Source: Chrysemys picta bellii
Lineage: Eukaryota
DNA: 64,000 bases
Reading direction: 5' to 3'
NCBI RefSeq assembly: GCF_011386835.1
Contig: NC_088797.1
Location: 101,246,001-101,310,000 of the forward strand
This document shows, piece after piece, positions 1 through 12,177 of the stretch. Below the pieces are notes generated by a model that ran no database searches, was not told the DNA's origin, and saw only the letters and a list, made by a program, of their open reading frames with translations. Position numbers and translations under genes: made by a program. Each line of letters begins with the position of its first letter. Within the stretch, counting starts at the first letter, position 1.

Positions 1-955
1 GGAAAGAAGCGGCGCTTTCCCCTTCAAAGCTGACTGGAGAGAAGTGCCGCTTTGAAGGGGAAAGCGCCGCTTCTCTCCGGCCACTGGCTGTGCGGCTGCT
101 CCTGCTCCTCCTGCGTTCCGAAAGGGGCTTTAGAGCTGCAGGCCAGGGCCCCAGGGTCTCCTTAGCCCAGGGCCCTGCAGCCCCTAAAGCCCCTGCATGC
201 CGGGTGGCCCCGTCCGGGTGGGGACAGCTCCCAGAATCGTGCCCATGGGGGGCAGTGCCGCGCTGTGCAGAGCCACCTGCACACCCTCTGCACCAAACAG
301 GAGCTGCCCCAGGTAAGTGCTCTGCACCTCCTGCCTGCCCCAGCCCTGAGCCTCCTTCCACACCCCCACCCTGAGCGCCCTCCTGCACCCTAACTCCCTC
401 TCAGACCCTCCACCCCCACCCTGAGCGCCCTCCCGCACCCTAACTCCCTCCCAGACCCTCCACCCCCACCCTGAGCGCCCTCCCACACCCTAACTCCCTC
501 CCAGACCCTCCACCCCCACTCTGAGCGCCCTCCCGCACCCTAACTCCCTCCCAGACCCCGCCCTGAGCCCCCTGCCGCAACCCTAACCCTAATCCAGACC
601 TTCGAATCACTGTATCACAAAGTGTTAAACCAAGATTTTCAGAAATAATGAAGCATATTCAATCATGTTGCTCTCACTAAAAAAATATTAATAATTTTTT
701 TTGAGAGAGCAAAAAGTTTTTTTGTACCATTAATGAATAAAATACAATAAAAATTTAAAAAATATTGTTTATTTCATCTTTATCTCATCCTTTTTTAATT
801 TCTATTTTCTGTATGTTTTCTAATGTACATAATATCTTAGTATAGTAGTACATGTATATAATTTATACATAAATAAATATACATATATTGGGGGTGCGTG
901 CTCAAAAATTTTTTACTGATAGGGGTGCGCGATCAAAAAAGTTTGGAGACCACTG
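1..955. mobile_element. Non-autonomous hAT (Charlie/Buster-type) element, right part only; left end is outside the window
   Basis: Ends in GTTTGGAGACCACTG (reverse complement CAGTGGTCTCCAAAC, a hAT-type TIR). Followed by CATTACAC with central TA as in Buster-type TSDs. GC-rich interior with a tandem array. Confidence 0.7.
361..558 (+). repeat. 50-bp minisatellite, about 4 units, inside the hAT element
   Basis: Unit CACCCCCACCCTGAGCGCCCTCC(T/C)GCACCCTAACTCCCTC(T/C)CAGACCCTC starts at 361, 411, 461 and 511. Confidence 0.92.
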
Positions 956-1101
956 CATTACACCATATTTTAAAAGGACAGACGTTCTTGGCAATTAACA
1001 AGTTAACATGATCCCCACAAATGAGTCTAGACAGGAGTTATGAGAGTTAAGTCAAAAACAACTTCTGAGTTTGGGAATTAAATGATGTTCAGATTTGACA
1101 T

Positions 1102-1532
1102 TAGGGTTGCCAACTTTGTAAATATTTAAAAACTGGATACTCCAGCAGGAGTGCTGGAGCCTCCCATGCCCTGCCCCTTCGCCCCGAGACCCTGCCCCTG
1201 TGGCCTCACCTTTTCCCCCCCAAGGCCCAAAGCCCTGTTTGCTCCTCTTTCCCCCACTGCCCAGTTGCTTGCTGCTTTTCACTCTTCCCCCATCCCAGCC
1301 TGAGTCAGGATGGACTCACCTGTAGAGCTGGGGCTGGGAGCTCCAGCTCCCCAATGTAGGTAGGAGGTGGCCCCAGCTGAGTAGGGGCTGGTACGGGTGA
1401 TGACCCAACACCTCCCCGCTACTCCTGCCTGCAATAACTGGACTTTGGGTGTCTGGTCAGTAGTGCTGACTGGATACAGTCAGGTTCCCTTTTTGACCAG
1501 CCTGGTAAAAAACCAGACACCTGGCAACTCTA
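1102..1532. mobile_element. hAT MITE
   Basis: TIRs TAGGGTTGCCA / TGGCAACTCTA. 8-bp TSD TTTGACAT / TTTGATAT (7/8). Confidence 0.85.
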
Positions 1533-1569
1533 TTTGATATGGGGGTAGATGTGAGCAAACAGTGGAAAG

Positions 1570-1782
1570 TGTAACCCACACACCTCCTGGGTGTGGTGTT
1601 CTGTCCCATCTAGTGGCACTGAAACAACTTAGAGAGAGAGTTAAATGAGTCTGTTCTACAACCTTAGCTAAGAGCCAGTTTGCTTTTAGCTCATGTGGTA
1701 GAGGCTCATTCACTAAGCCCCAGAGATCCCCAGTTCAATCCCGCCCACCAACAAACAATAACCGGGGTCTGTCAGAGTTACA
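1570..1782 (+). mobile_element. Small TG...CA-bounded (solo-LTR-like) element containing a tRNA-like Pol III cassette
   Basis: Termini TGTAAC / GTTACA, flanks AAAG / CAAG. A-box-like TAGCTCATGTGG (1687-1698) and B-box-like AGTTCAATCCC (1732-1742). Confidence 0.55.
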
Positions 1783-2277
1783 CAAGCACTTGTGTAACAA
1801 ATCCACCAGTCATTCAGGGTAAGTGCAGTAGTGAGAGTAAACAGTTTCTCCTTTTTACACTGTGAACTAAGCAATACAAGGACTCAGTGCTGGAACAGAT
1901 ATTTAGAGGATTTCAGAACCTTTTCATGAATGCCCCAAGTCCTTTTGAAAAACTCATACTTATTTTAATCGTTATTGCTATGTATCAGCAAGAAATTTTC
2001 AACAAATGAATTACTAGCAATTTCTCCACTGTGGCCTATTACTCTAAAAGGTAATAAGAATGCACAACCCTTATGGAAAAGCCATAGAGAATTTAATAGA
2101 GAATGACAACCTTTCTAAAGAAGTTTTAAAATCACCTAGAGCAGAGCTATAACTCTCTATTAAATCCCATAGGATGCTTGAAACATTTTATGGAAAAAAT
2201 ATCACTCTCTTAAATTGTATATGTTTTCAGATTGATTTCTATATAATATCACTTAATTTCTACAAACCCCTATTATA

Positions 2278-2372
2278 GGAGTAGGTGGGCAAGGTTCTGT
2301 GGACTGCAATATGCAGGAGGTCAGACTAGATGATCATGATGTTCCCTTCTGGCCTTAAAAAGTCTATAAATT
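2278..2372 (+). mobile_element. CR1 LINE 3' UTR fragment
   Basis: GGTCAGACTAGATGATC...CCCTTCTGGCCTTAAA resembles reptile CR1 3' ends as recalled from established families. Confidence 0.6.
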
Positions 2373-2937
2373 AAATTCCGTGGGACTTTCCCATAAATCT
2401 TCACAATAATAAAAAATGATGCTTGTCCAAAACCTTAACTACAGCAGGAAGTAACTGCATCACCATATCATGACTTATGAAAGAAAGCTGTAATATTGAG
2501 AAGTCACTAAAGAAATATGACAGTTGGGGAAAAAAACCACAAAGCAGCTTGAATGAGACAAGCACGAGATAGATCTAAAGACCTAAAGGCTTGTGTTAAT
2601 ACTCTGTTCACAAAACAAAGACAAATAGCAATGGCTCCAATTAAAGCCACATTGTAGTGCACGCAGATTAGAAAAACTTCTATATACTGGGTGAAAGAAG
2701 TCTTTACTCCCAATCATTGGTTCTAACTTCAGGCCATGGTCCGGCAGCTGATAAGACGACCCATTTTTTCACGTACAGATTTATATCTGAACATATTACC
2801 CAGCAGCCATTGTTTTGGAGTTTATTCCTTGGAAGAAGAAAAATCTCTGGTCATTTTAAAGCTTTAAAAAAAAAAGTTATTTTCACTTGCCAAGAACATA
2901 CCTGTATTAACAGGAGCGTTGTATACAAGACAACATA

Positions 2938-3498
2938 CTTTACTCAGCACTGGTGAAGCCCCAGCTGGAGTACTATGTCCAGTTCTGGGCACAACAATTT
3001 AGGTAGGATGTGGACAAATTGAAAGAGTCCACTGGAGAGCAACAAAAATGATAAAAGGTTTAGAAAACCTGACCTATGAGGAAAGGTTGTTAAAACAACA
3101 AAACAACAACAAAAACTGGGCATGTTTAGTCTTGAGAAAAGAAGACTGAGGAGTGACCTGATAACAGTCTTCAAATATATTAAGGGCTGTTATAAAGAGG
3201 ATGGTGATCAATTCTTCTCCTTGTGCACTGAAGGTAGACAAGAAGTAATGCGCTTAATCTGCAGCAATGGAGATGCAGGTTAGATATTAGGAAGAATTTA
3301 ACTGTAAGGGCAGTTAAGATCCGGAAGAGGCTTCCAATGGAGGTCATAGTCTGCCCATCATCAGAAGCTTTTAAAAACATGTTGGACAAACACCTGTCAG
3401 GAATAGTCTAGGTTTACTTGGTCCTGCCACAGTTCATGGGGCTGGACCTTATGACTGCCTGAGGTCCCTTCCAACCCTACATTTCTATGATTCTCTAT
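2938..3498 (+). mobile_element. 5'-truncated CR1 LINE (ORF2 C-terminus plus 3' UTR), degenerate
   Basis: Translates, with disruptions, to CR1 ORF2-like SALVKPQLEYYVQFWAQ...KLGMFSLEKRRLRSDLITVFKYIKG. Ends in an ATTTCTATGATTCT tail. Confidence 0.9.
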
Positions 3499-6400
3499 CT
3501 GAAAATAGCCAATGGCAAAGAGAACTGTGAACTTTATTCCAGTAGAATCTCTGTCTTCTAGAACTTAGCGTATTCAAAGATAGAATCAAGTCTGGAATAC
3601 ACTAGCTAACCATGATTTCAGCAAGAAGTTTGTGAAGAACTTTATGAGAAGTTGGGCCTTTTGGGGTAGGGGGAAATGAACTGCACTGCTGATCAATTTA
3701 GCGTAAGATTTTTTTGGCAACATACGCAGAGGGATATTGATATTCTGACATACAGCAGCATTCCTCATACCTTCAAAGCAGAGCACCCTGCAGGCAAACT
3801 TGACTACTCTGTACAAAAACAGAATTACTGAAAATGCTGTGTGGCATTTTAGCTGCACAAGATTCTGAGAGGGATTTGCACAACTAGAGCAGAAAAAGAA
3901 AGCTAGCCCCTAAAGGATCTGGGTCCTGGTTACCTAGAGATCATCTCTCTGCTTAATGTGTGCCGAGATCATTTGAGATTAGAGCAGTGTTATCTTAAAT
4001 TAGTTTAATCCAAAGGGGTCTGCACTTTGTAGACATGAGATGAAATCCTGGTCCCACTAAAGTCAATCTGTGGACTTTCAGGTCAGTCTCTTCCTAAGGA
4101 GCACAGGCAAATCAAACCTCAGCCTGCTGCATAACAGAACAGAGCACTATCAGGCCATTCCCCTAATGTAGGTTTTAATCTTCCATCCACTTTCTACTCT
4201 TTGAGACCAGCTGAACACACAAACTGAAACAGTGTAAGGTTCCTGGGTAGAAGGACTAAGAGCATTTCATTGTCTGAAGCCAGCAGTACTTTTAATTTAG
4301 AAAATTTCATAATATTCAGCATAATCTACAGCAATTATATTGCTATGTAATGTGCTTTTAAAATGTCATTTAGTTCTAAGAAATCAACTATATGGGTGAC
4401 AGTATAATTTTAGTTGTGTTTATTTTAGTTCGACAGTTTAGGGCAGGGCTGAGTTGGACTCTAGCCATACTGAAAGTTTACTGAATTTCTCAAGCCTACT
4501 TTTTATTTACAAAAATCTCTAAGTGAAATAAGAGTCAGTCCCTCCCTGCTTGCCTGTGATAAAAAGCAGGAAGCATGAATAAAGTGTTATGCAGGCATTT
4601 GGAGTTTTTATATATTAAGATGGATAAGTAGATTCTACAGGAAAAAAATAATTGAGGAAGTTATACCTCAATTTTTACAGTCTGTAAAATGAGAGTGCCT
4701 TTAAAACAAAGCAAGCAACTATTGGTTGTAACCATTAAAGGGGACCTGCAAATTCTGTTTAAATAAGTGAGTTTGTGCTTTTTGTTTTGTTTTGTTTCTT
4801 TTTGAAGTACATGGAAAGCAAGAATGCTTTTTTATTTAAAAAAAAAAGGGGGGGGGGGAATCTTGCCCTACATATTTTTACTTTAGGAATATCAAGAATG
4901 TCAAGTCTGATCATCCTTGTTTTTTCTCAAGTAGGATTTCTTGGAAGCTTCAGACCAGTTTATTGTGAGCTTTCACACACTTTAATTGAATAGGTGAAAT
5001 ACTGAAACATTAACAAAGACATCCTTTTAATCTAGTGTTCATTAGACTTGGGAGTTAAATAGGTGTTATCATAAAACACACACAAAACCAACTTTGGGAG
5101 GTTTGTGTGTTTGTAACAACAACTAAGAATTTCTGGCTCTGGACAGCTTTCAGTCTCATCTCTCATAGTATCAATCTCAACGGTAATACAGTCACTTGTG
5201 GCAGTTTTACACTGGCATTTTTCTTTACATCTCCCACTGTTGCACTGGCATTGGTGCATTCCCACTTGAGGTAGCAATAGTGGGACTGTTAGTGTAGACC
5301 AGCTGCTGGTATTTTTCACCATCATCTAGTTTAGCCCAGTTCTGCCCTTTAGCTCCAGAGGGACTGAGTGTAGAATATCTGCCACAAGTGGATTAAAGCA
5401 GAAATTTGAAGATAACAAAATTCACAGCCTTTCTGAATGGAAAGTGACACTGGGAGGATGTTTGGAGGGGAGGAGAGAGGGTCAGAGGAAATAGTGTGAG
5501 TAATTGGCAAAAATGAGAAACAACTGGATGAATCCAAGAGATGTATGGAAGCCATTAACTCCCATCTTGTCTTTCGCCGGCAATTTTGCTCGTTTTCCCT
5601 GAGCTGTTATAACCATTTAGCTGTTAGAAATTAGCTGTGAGAAGACCCGCTATTTACACTTTTTGAAAAGTTTGAATGAGACAAGGCTCTGATCTGTAGT
5701 TCCTGCAGACTCTCAAAGCGATATTCTGCAAGGCTATTAACTCACCCACAGTTTGTGGGTGACAAAAACCTCCTCCCAAGTACTTTAAAATGCTTTGAAG
5801 GATGAGTGGGAATTTTTAGCTGGCCTGAAGCCACTTGTGTGAACAAGGATAGGAACTGGGGATAGCTAACCTAGATGACCCCCGGATTCCTGCAAAACCC
5901 TCAACGAGCATCTCTCCCAATTTTCTGCCAGCTGGTCCCAGTACTATTGTCTCCTTCACATGGCATCAGTCCTGTCCACAAGAGAATAGGAAACAATGTA
6001 TTGAACCAACACATAGCACTTCCCTTCCCACTGATAACACTGTGTACACATTGTTCTCCACAATTTCCCTTCCTACTGCTGTGACTGGCAAGAGCAGAAA
6101 TTGATCTGAGGGGTTAGGTCAGCAGAAGAAGGGAGAAATGGAGGGGCAATCTCCCCGCCCAAACCTTCACCGTTGGGAAACCGTATTTCACCCTCCCCTT
6201 CCTTCTGAAGATATGCACATGGACTTCAGTTGGGTTCCTTAGAGACTGGGATATACAGGGCCACATTTTGCCTCAGATCAAAGGGGTAATCAAATCAAGT
6301 ATACCAGGTACATGGCAGTTTTATGACTGATATGGCATGTCATCAATTTCTGTGCCATAGAAACCTTCTCTCAACAATTGTTTGAGGCCACAGTCTCACA

Positions 6401-7500
6401 GCACTGTATTATGAATTGAATTAGAAGAGTGATTTGAAGGGGCTGTGGGGAAGGAATGGATTTCTGTCTTATAGCTGCATCCAAACTATAGTCATTAATG
6501 TCATCCTTAGCTGGAATGTGTGTGTGTCTGAAGTGTAAATGAGCCATACGAGAATGAATTGACTCTGCAGAAAGAGGAATTTCCTATGGAAATATAAAGC
6601 AGGCTTCTTTAATAATCTCATGGCAACAGCTGTTTTACACTGTGACATGAAACCTCTATTCTAGTACTAGAAAGGACAGAGCCAAGAACTCCCTTTATCT
6701 ATTTTAATTACTTCACATCAAAACAGAGGTGGATTAGCACTGACAGTGCTTATTAAAATTTACAGGCTGCACTGCCCGTTGGCGCCTCCACGTCTCAACT
6801 TTAATTCCTCCCATCCAACAAACCAAATAAAGTTGTGGTTTTCCAGACTCTTCAGGGTTAACAGTTTTCCTAGCCAGCAATCAGAAAGAGGCAGGGTAGG
6901 TGATTTCTCAGTTGACTTCTTCTGCCTGTTTCACACTGATCCATCCTCCTCCTTGACTTATAACTTTTGCTGCCTGCCTTTTTCAAGTACCCTGCCCCCC
7001 CACACCCCGTGCTAGCCCCATCTATGTTTCTCAGCTCCTCTGTTATGCCTCAGATCGTCTAATAATTTTGTTCAGCTCCTGTCACTCATCTACCTACACC
7101 CTGACCTACCTGCTACATCAGCCATAATATCACAACTCCTCAGGACAGACCCAGGCTTGTGTTCTTTATTCCCCCGTGTCTGTCTCAGAAGCTGAAGCCA
7201 GAGTCTCTCAGCTACTGTGCTATTTACCTTAGGCCTTCTGTTTGTCAGACCCAGAAGCCTCCCACCAATGTGTTTCTCAGCATCTTCATGACCCTGGGCC
7301 TGTATTTCTCAGTTCTCCTGTTGTGTCTCAGGACTTCCTCAGCATCTTCTTTCTGACTCCTCCAACCACAATTTTCAGAGTCTTTAATCCTCCATTCTGG
7401 AGATTTTAATAGTCATCATCATCACCTAGACCCTTAATACACAGTCCCTTGATGATTTTCTTACAAGAAACTAATGCATGTATTACAGCTGAGGTTTTAG

Positions 7501-7881
7501 ACATAGTTGCCAACTTTCATGTGGTAAACAAGCATCCCAACTTTCACAATAAGCCAAAAATCAAGCTAATCCCATTTCAAAACAAGGCCAAAACAAGCCA
7601 ATCCCTAAGAACCCAACACTCTATGTGACTAGCCCTCTGGTGTGCAGTCTGCGACTGTGGTGGGCCTGCTGTGCACCCCCAACTCTCTCCCCACCTTGCC
7701 CCTCCTTGTCCCCCCTTATCCCTGCTTGCCCCCCCTTTGCCCCGATCAAAAAAAGAAGATACAAGCCAAACAAGAAACAAGCTACAAGCCAAAAACTAGC
7801 CAACAAGCCACTCACAAGCCAATTAAGCCAAAAACAATCCCAATTTCTGCATTTTTTCGTTTGTGGGTTTGGCATGTCTGG
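7501..7881. mobile_element. Probable hAT MITE; partial second copy of the same family at about 20175-20255
   Basis: Left end CATAGTTGCCAAC, right end TTTGGCATGTCTG. The first ~80 bp (CAACTTTCATGTGGTAAA...AAGCTAATCCCATTTCAAAAC) recur at 20175-20255. Confidence 0.6.
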
Positions 7882-8455
7882 TCTTAGAAGTGTTCACTAT
7901 GCTAATCAGGATTAGGGTATAAGAAAGAGGGATCTTTATTAGGTAGGCTACCCATTCTCTTTAAACACTGAAAATAAAGTCAGCAAGGATAATGCAGGCA
8001 TGAGGAGTTCTTCAGGTAAAGGGAAATATTTAACTAAGACTGGTTGTATATGGTCTTATCAGAGTTCACATGTGGGCCTTCATCTTGCATATTCTTGCCT
8101 AGTACGTGGCAGGGAGCATAGAGTTGTACCCACTAGGCATGGTAGAGCACAAGGAGTGCAGTACTCCACCCTGGGTGGAAGTATACCAACTTCCTTACTC
8201 TCAAGAGGGCAGGGTGAAAAAGGGTGGAGAATGGACACACTATGGGTGTGTTTGAAGCAACATAGGTATGAGCAGGATTTTCCACATGTAAATAAGGGAA
8301 ACAGGTACACACTGCCTTATTTGGCTCAAGTAGCTTGGTGGCCACACAGCAGGGTCTTTTATTGCTGGATCAGATTCCCGTTTTGACTCATCACTTTTCA
8401 CACTGTGCCAATTGTCATCAGTCCACCTGCTCGTGCAGGACCAAGCCTGTACTGT

Positions 8456-8600
8456 AGGGACCTGATTCTCCATTGCCTCACACTTTCTGCCATTATTTGC
8501 ACCCCTGCACAGTGAATGCAAAGAAGAATGATAGCATTTTACACCCACTGTGTACATACGTGCAAACATCCACTTCAGACAGTGGAGAATCAGGCTCTAT
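8456..8600. mobile_element. Short MITE-like element with terminal inverted repeats
   Basis: GGGACCTGATTCTCCA ... TGGAGAATCAGGCTCT. Confidence 0.55.
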
Positions 8601-9639
8601 AACAATGTGAATAAAAATAATGGCCTAATCTTTCAATCCTGATGTAAGGGTCACAGAGTAGGGTATATTCACTATATGTATGAACATACATACAAAATAC
8701 CTGGTGGTCAGAGACTGCAGCAATGAGGGACACAAGATTTTATGCACATAATTTTACAGGTGCATTCATTTATCTGTCTCCCTATATAGGTCCTTATCTG
8801 TTTAGACATGGTCACAATATAAAATGCTTTTCAGTAAGACTGTTGCAACATACTCCTATATATTATTCCTATAGCCTCCAGACACCTCACAGGAGATTGA
8901 AAGTTCTCGGCCACATATCCCATCCTCTCCACTGTTCCCTTGGTTCTTACAGCCTACTTTGCTCTTCCCCAAGTCTGAATTGTATCTGCTGCTTGCTCGG
9001 CCTTTGCAGCTCTCTTCACTATTTCTCTGTGTGCCAAACACTATTTATTATCTGAATGGAGTGTTGTGGGCATCATCAGTCCCCAATACTGACTTCCTTC
9101 TCCTTGTGCCCCACATAGCCTATTGTAGTGGCGTCAAGCCTATGCACTGGCTTTCCTGGTATTATGAGGTCATGCAGGGTTAGGCATAAAAGGCTTTAAT
9201 TTGTTATGTACCATTCAAAAGCTTTTACAACTGAACAGGGAACAGATTGGGTTATAGAAAAAAAAAAAGAGAGCAGACAGCAATTTTTTCTTCTTCTGTA
9301 ACAAATAAGTTACCTCATTGAAAGAGGAATATTCAGAAGTTTCTTTGTGCAGAAAGTATAATTTCCAGTTCAGCTACTTTCAAAGTAAAATATAAGGGAA
9401 ATACACAGCACAAGAGCAGAACAGAATATGGAGGGAAATTATATTTTTCCCCAGGTGGGCAGGCATAAGACTTGTTGCAGATTGAATTGAGCGTAATGAC
9501 TCCTCGGCAGTAAATACCTCAGAGGTGAGCACATTAGAAATAAACATTTTCTCATCTGAATACAGCACCTCAAGAAACACAAAATCCTTTGAATTTTGCC
9601 ATTCAACATGGAAACCAGAGCCTAGGCATCACAGATATT

Positions 9640-10600
9640 CCACTTATCTACAGATCCCTAGAGGTCAAAGATTTCCTAGAGGAGCTGACTGAGCCACTGG
9701 TAGGTAGGAGCCCCTGACTCATTATCCTGGAAGACTTCAAGATCCCCATTAACAAGACCTCAGAGGCAAAAGTCCTGGAATTAACGTCTTCTCTCCATGC
9801 TAGGATGCTCTGACGTTATTTCAAGTCCAAACCAAACTGTCAGCTACACCTTAGACCTGGTCCTTTGGTGAGATGGTGACACAGAGAATATTACAGTCCA
9901 GCTCATGTCTTGGGCTGACCATTGCAAATGGGCTCTCCCTGCCTCTAGACATCATGAGGACCATGAAAAGCTGGTCAGCACCAAAGGATCATGGACACTA
10001 TTGAACTCAAGATTGTAGCTACCAGCAAGGACAAGGAACTGATACATCATTTTGACAATGCACAGAAGCCAACACCATTGACACACTGGCTCCAAAATGG
10101 TCCCTTTCTCTCCTCCCGCACCTCCCGCCCCACCCCACCACCACTGCTGACAAAAAACATCATAGTTCTCAAAATGCTCTGCATCTGACAAAAAGAGATG
10201 GATGGAAACTTGAGCACTAGTTTCAGAAAACTCAGGATGAAGCAGATTGAAACACAAAGAATTTCTACAGGTATCACCTGAGGCTGTATTACAGACCAAG
10301 AGATCCTTCTTCATCATCTCAATAGCAGCCACCAAAACACACCCAAATAATAAACTGCTTCCTTAGCCTTGAGTGTTGAAAGCCTACAGCAGATTCCACC
10401 ATTTGCTGCTTTCATCATTCTGAAATGTGAATATCACCTACATACAGGAAGGCTTCTTGTAGTACAGAGAACTTGATATTAAGCCCAAGCCCATCTTACA
10501 CTTCCTTCCCCATTCAGCCCATTCATTCTACAGGAAGGTACTGGACAGACTGTACTGCAAGAACTTAAAACAACAAACCTCACCAATTCTGGTCCACGTG
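9640..10600 (+). mobile_element. Decayed L2/CR1-superfamily LINE ORF2 (endonuclease region)
   Basis: Frame reads LIYRSLEVKDFLEELTE...*LIILEDFKIPIN (decayed IYRPP and GDFN motifs) and SYTLDLVL (GHTLDLV motif) of LINE AP-endonucleases, with stops. The right boundary is approximate. Confidence 0.7.
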
Positions 10601-10748
10601 TAAAACTTACTTCTTCAACAGTGCTCCTCTGCTAAGCAGCACTTATCATGTTGTGTCCCAGATCCCTTATTCAAACCTTTAGAAGAGTTCAGGGTTGATT
10701 CAAGACTCAGGTTTAGATCAGTTTTTCAGTATACAGAGAATGTTTCCT

Positions 10749-11827
10749 TGTAGCGAGGCGGTATGGTTCCCCGCCGCCCTGGGGAGGGATGAGCCTCTCC
10801 AGACACCAAAGTGGGCAGAGCCAGTGAACCCTGCGCCCGCCCCACAGAGGTCAAGGCACAGGCCAGGAAGTATAAAAGCCCAACCCCAGAGCTCATTAGA
10901 GACGTGGCTGCTGGAGACGCCTGATGCCTGTGACCGAGCTCCCAGTTGGGAGACCCCGGCAATCAGCGGCTGACCCAAGGACTGGCCAGACCAGCCGATG
11001 CCTGAGGCCGACCAGAGCTCGGAGAAGCCGTCAAGCCTGCCCCTCACAAGTTACCCAGAGGAGGTGTCTCGCCTACAGCTCCCCAGTTACCCTGAGGAAC
11101 CCATGGTGCTTGACCCCTTGGAGGACACCGCCCTAACCCAGGTACCTTACGAGGGGGAGTCAGGAAGTAGCCCGAGGGCAGCCGATCCTAGTCTGGCTGC
11201 AGCACTGCCAGAGCCTATGTCAGTGCGTTGCGGCCAGGATCCCCACTGACTCAGCAGTGGGTCTTCTGCCGCTGCTAGGGCCCCGGACTGGGACGCAGTG
11301 GAGTGGGTGGGCCTGCATCCCCCCTGCCATCCAACAAGTGGGTGGCAGTCTCCCCCTCTCCCAGGCCCTTAGGAGCCAGGGTCTGGGCCTGTTGCTTAAC
11401 TGTTTGCTCAGCCCCTGCCTGAGGGCCTGAGCCACTGACTCTTTGCCACCCACTCTGACCCAGGGCCTGGGTCTGTTATTTCACTGTTTGCTCAGCCCCT
11501 GCATGAGGGCCTGAGCGCAGGACTCTCTACTGCCCGCCAACCAGGTGTGAGTAACCATTTGTTGTGCCTCTATCGCTGTTGTGGCATGGGACCCGGCAGC
11601 CAGACTAGTTCCCCAACCCAACTGAACGAACGTAGCGAGGCGGTGTGGTTTCCCGCTACTATGGTGACCAGACAGCAATGTGAAAAATCGGGACAGGGGG
11701 TCGGGGGTAATAGGAGCCCATATAAGAAAAAGCCCCAAAAATCAGGACTGTCCCTATAAAATCGGGACATCTGGTCACCCTACCCGCTACCCCGGGGAGG
11801 AATGAGTCCCAGCCGAACCCTTCTACA
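10749..11827 (+). mobile_element. Solo LTR (Gypsy/ERV-like) with nested MITE
   Basis: Termini TGTAG / CTACA. Flanks TTCCT / TTCCC (4/5 TSD). TATAAAA near 10871. Confidence 0.75.
11660..11782. mobile_element. 123-bp hAT MITE nested in the solo LTR
   Basis: TIRs TA(T)GGTGACCAGA / CTGGTCACCCTA. Perfect 8-bp TSD CCCGCTAC at 11652-11659 and 11783-11790. Same family as 30665-30788. Confidence 0.92.
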
Positions 11828-11855
11828 TTCCCCAAACCTTATCTGCTTCATCAGT

Positions 11856-12177
11856 CATAAGAATGGCCCTACTGGGTCAGACCAAAGGTCCATCCAGCCC
11901 AGCATCCTGTCTACCAACAGTGGCCAATGTCTGGTGCCCCAGAGGGAGTGAACCTAACAGGTAATGATCAAGTGATCTCTCTCCTGCAGTCTATCACCAC
12001 CCTCTGACAAAAAGAGGCTAGGGACACCATTCTTTACCCATCCTGGCTAATAGCCATTAATGGACTTAACCTCCATGAATTTATCTAATTCTCTTTTAAA
12101 CCCTGTTACAGTCGTAGCCTTCACAACCTCCTCAAGCAAGGAGTTCCACAAGTTGACTGTGCGCTGTGTGAAGAAGA
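11856..12177 (-). mobile_element. CR1 LINE 3' fragment
   Basis: CATAAGAATGGCCCTACTGGGTCAGACCAAAGGTCCATC is the reverse complement of a TTCTTATG-tailed CR1 3' end. Homologous to copies at 33905, 38750 and 59885. Confidence 0.85.

Noticed and set aside
361-558. Regular repeat array considered as CRISPR-like
   Set aside because: The units are contiguous tandem repeats without unique spacers, in a eukaryotic transposon context.
1680-1750. Functional tRNA gene (also 51160-51225)
   Set aside because: Only degenerate A/B boxes are present. I could not build a cloverleaf or find an anticodon, and both lie inside repeats.
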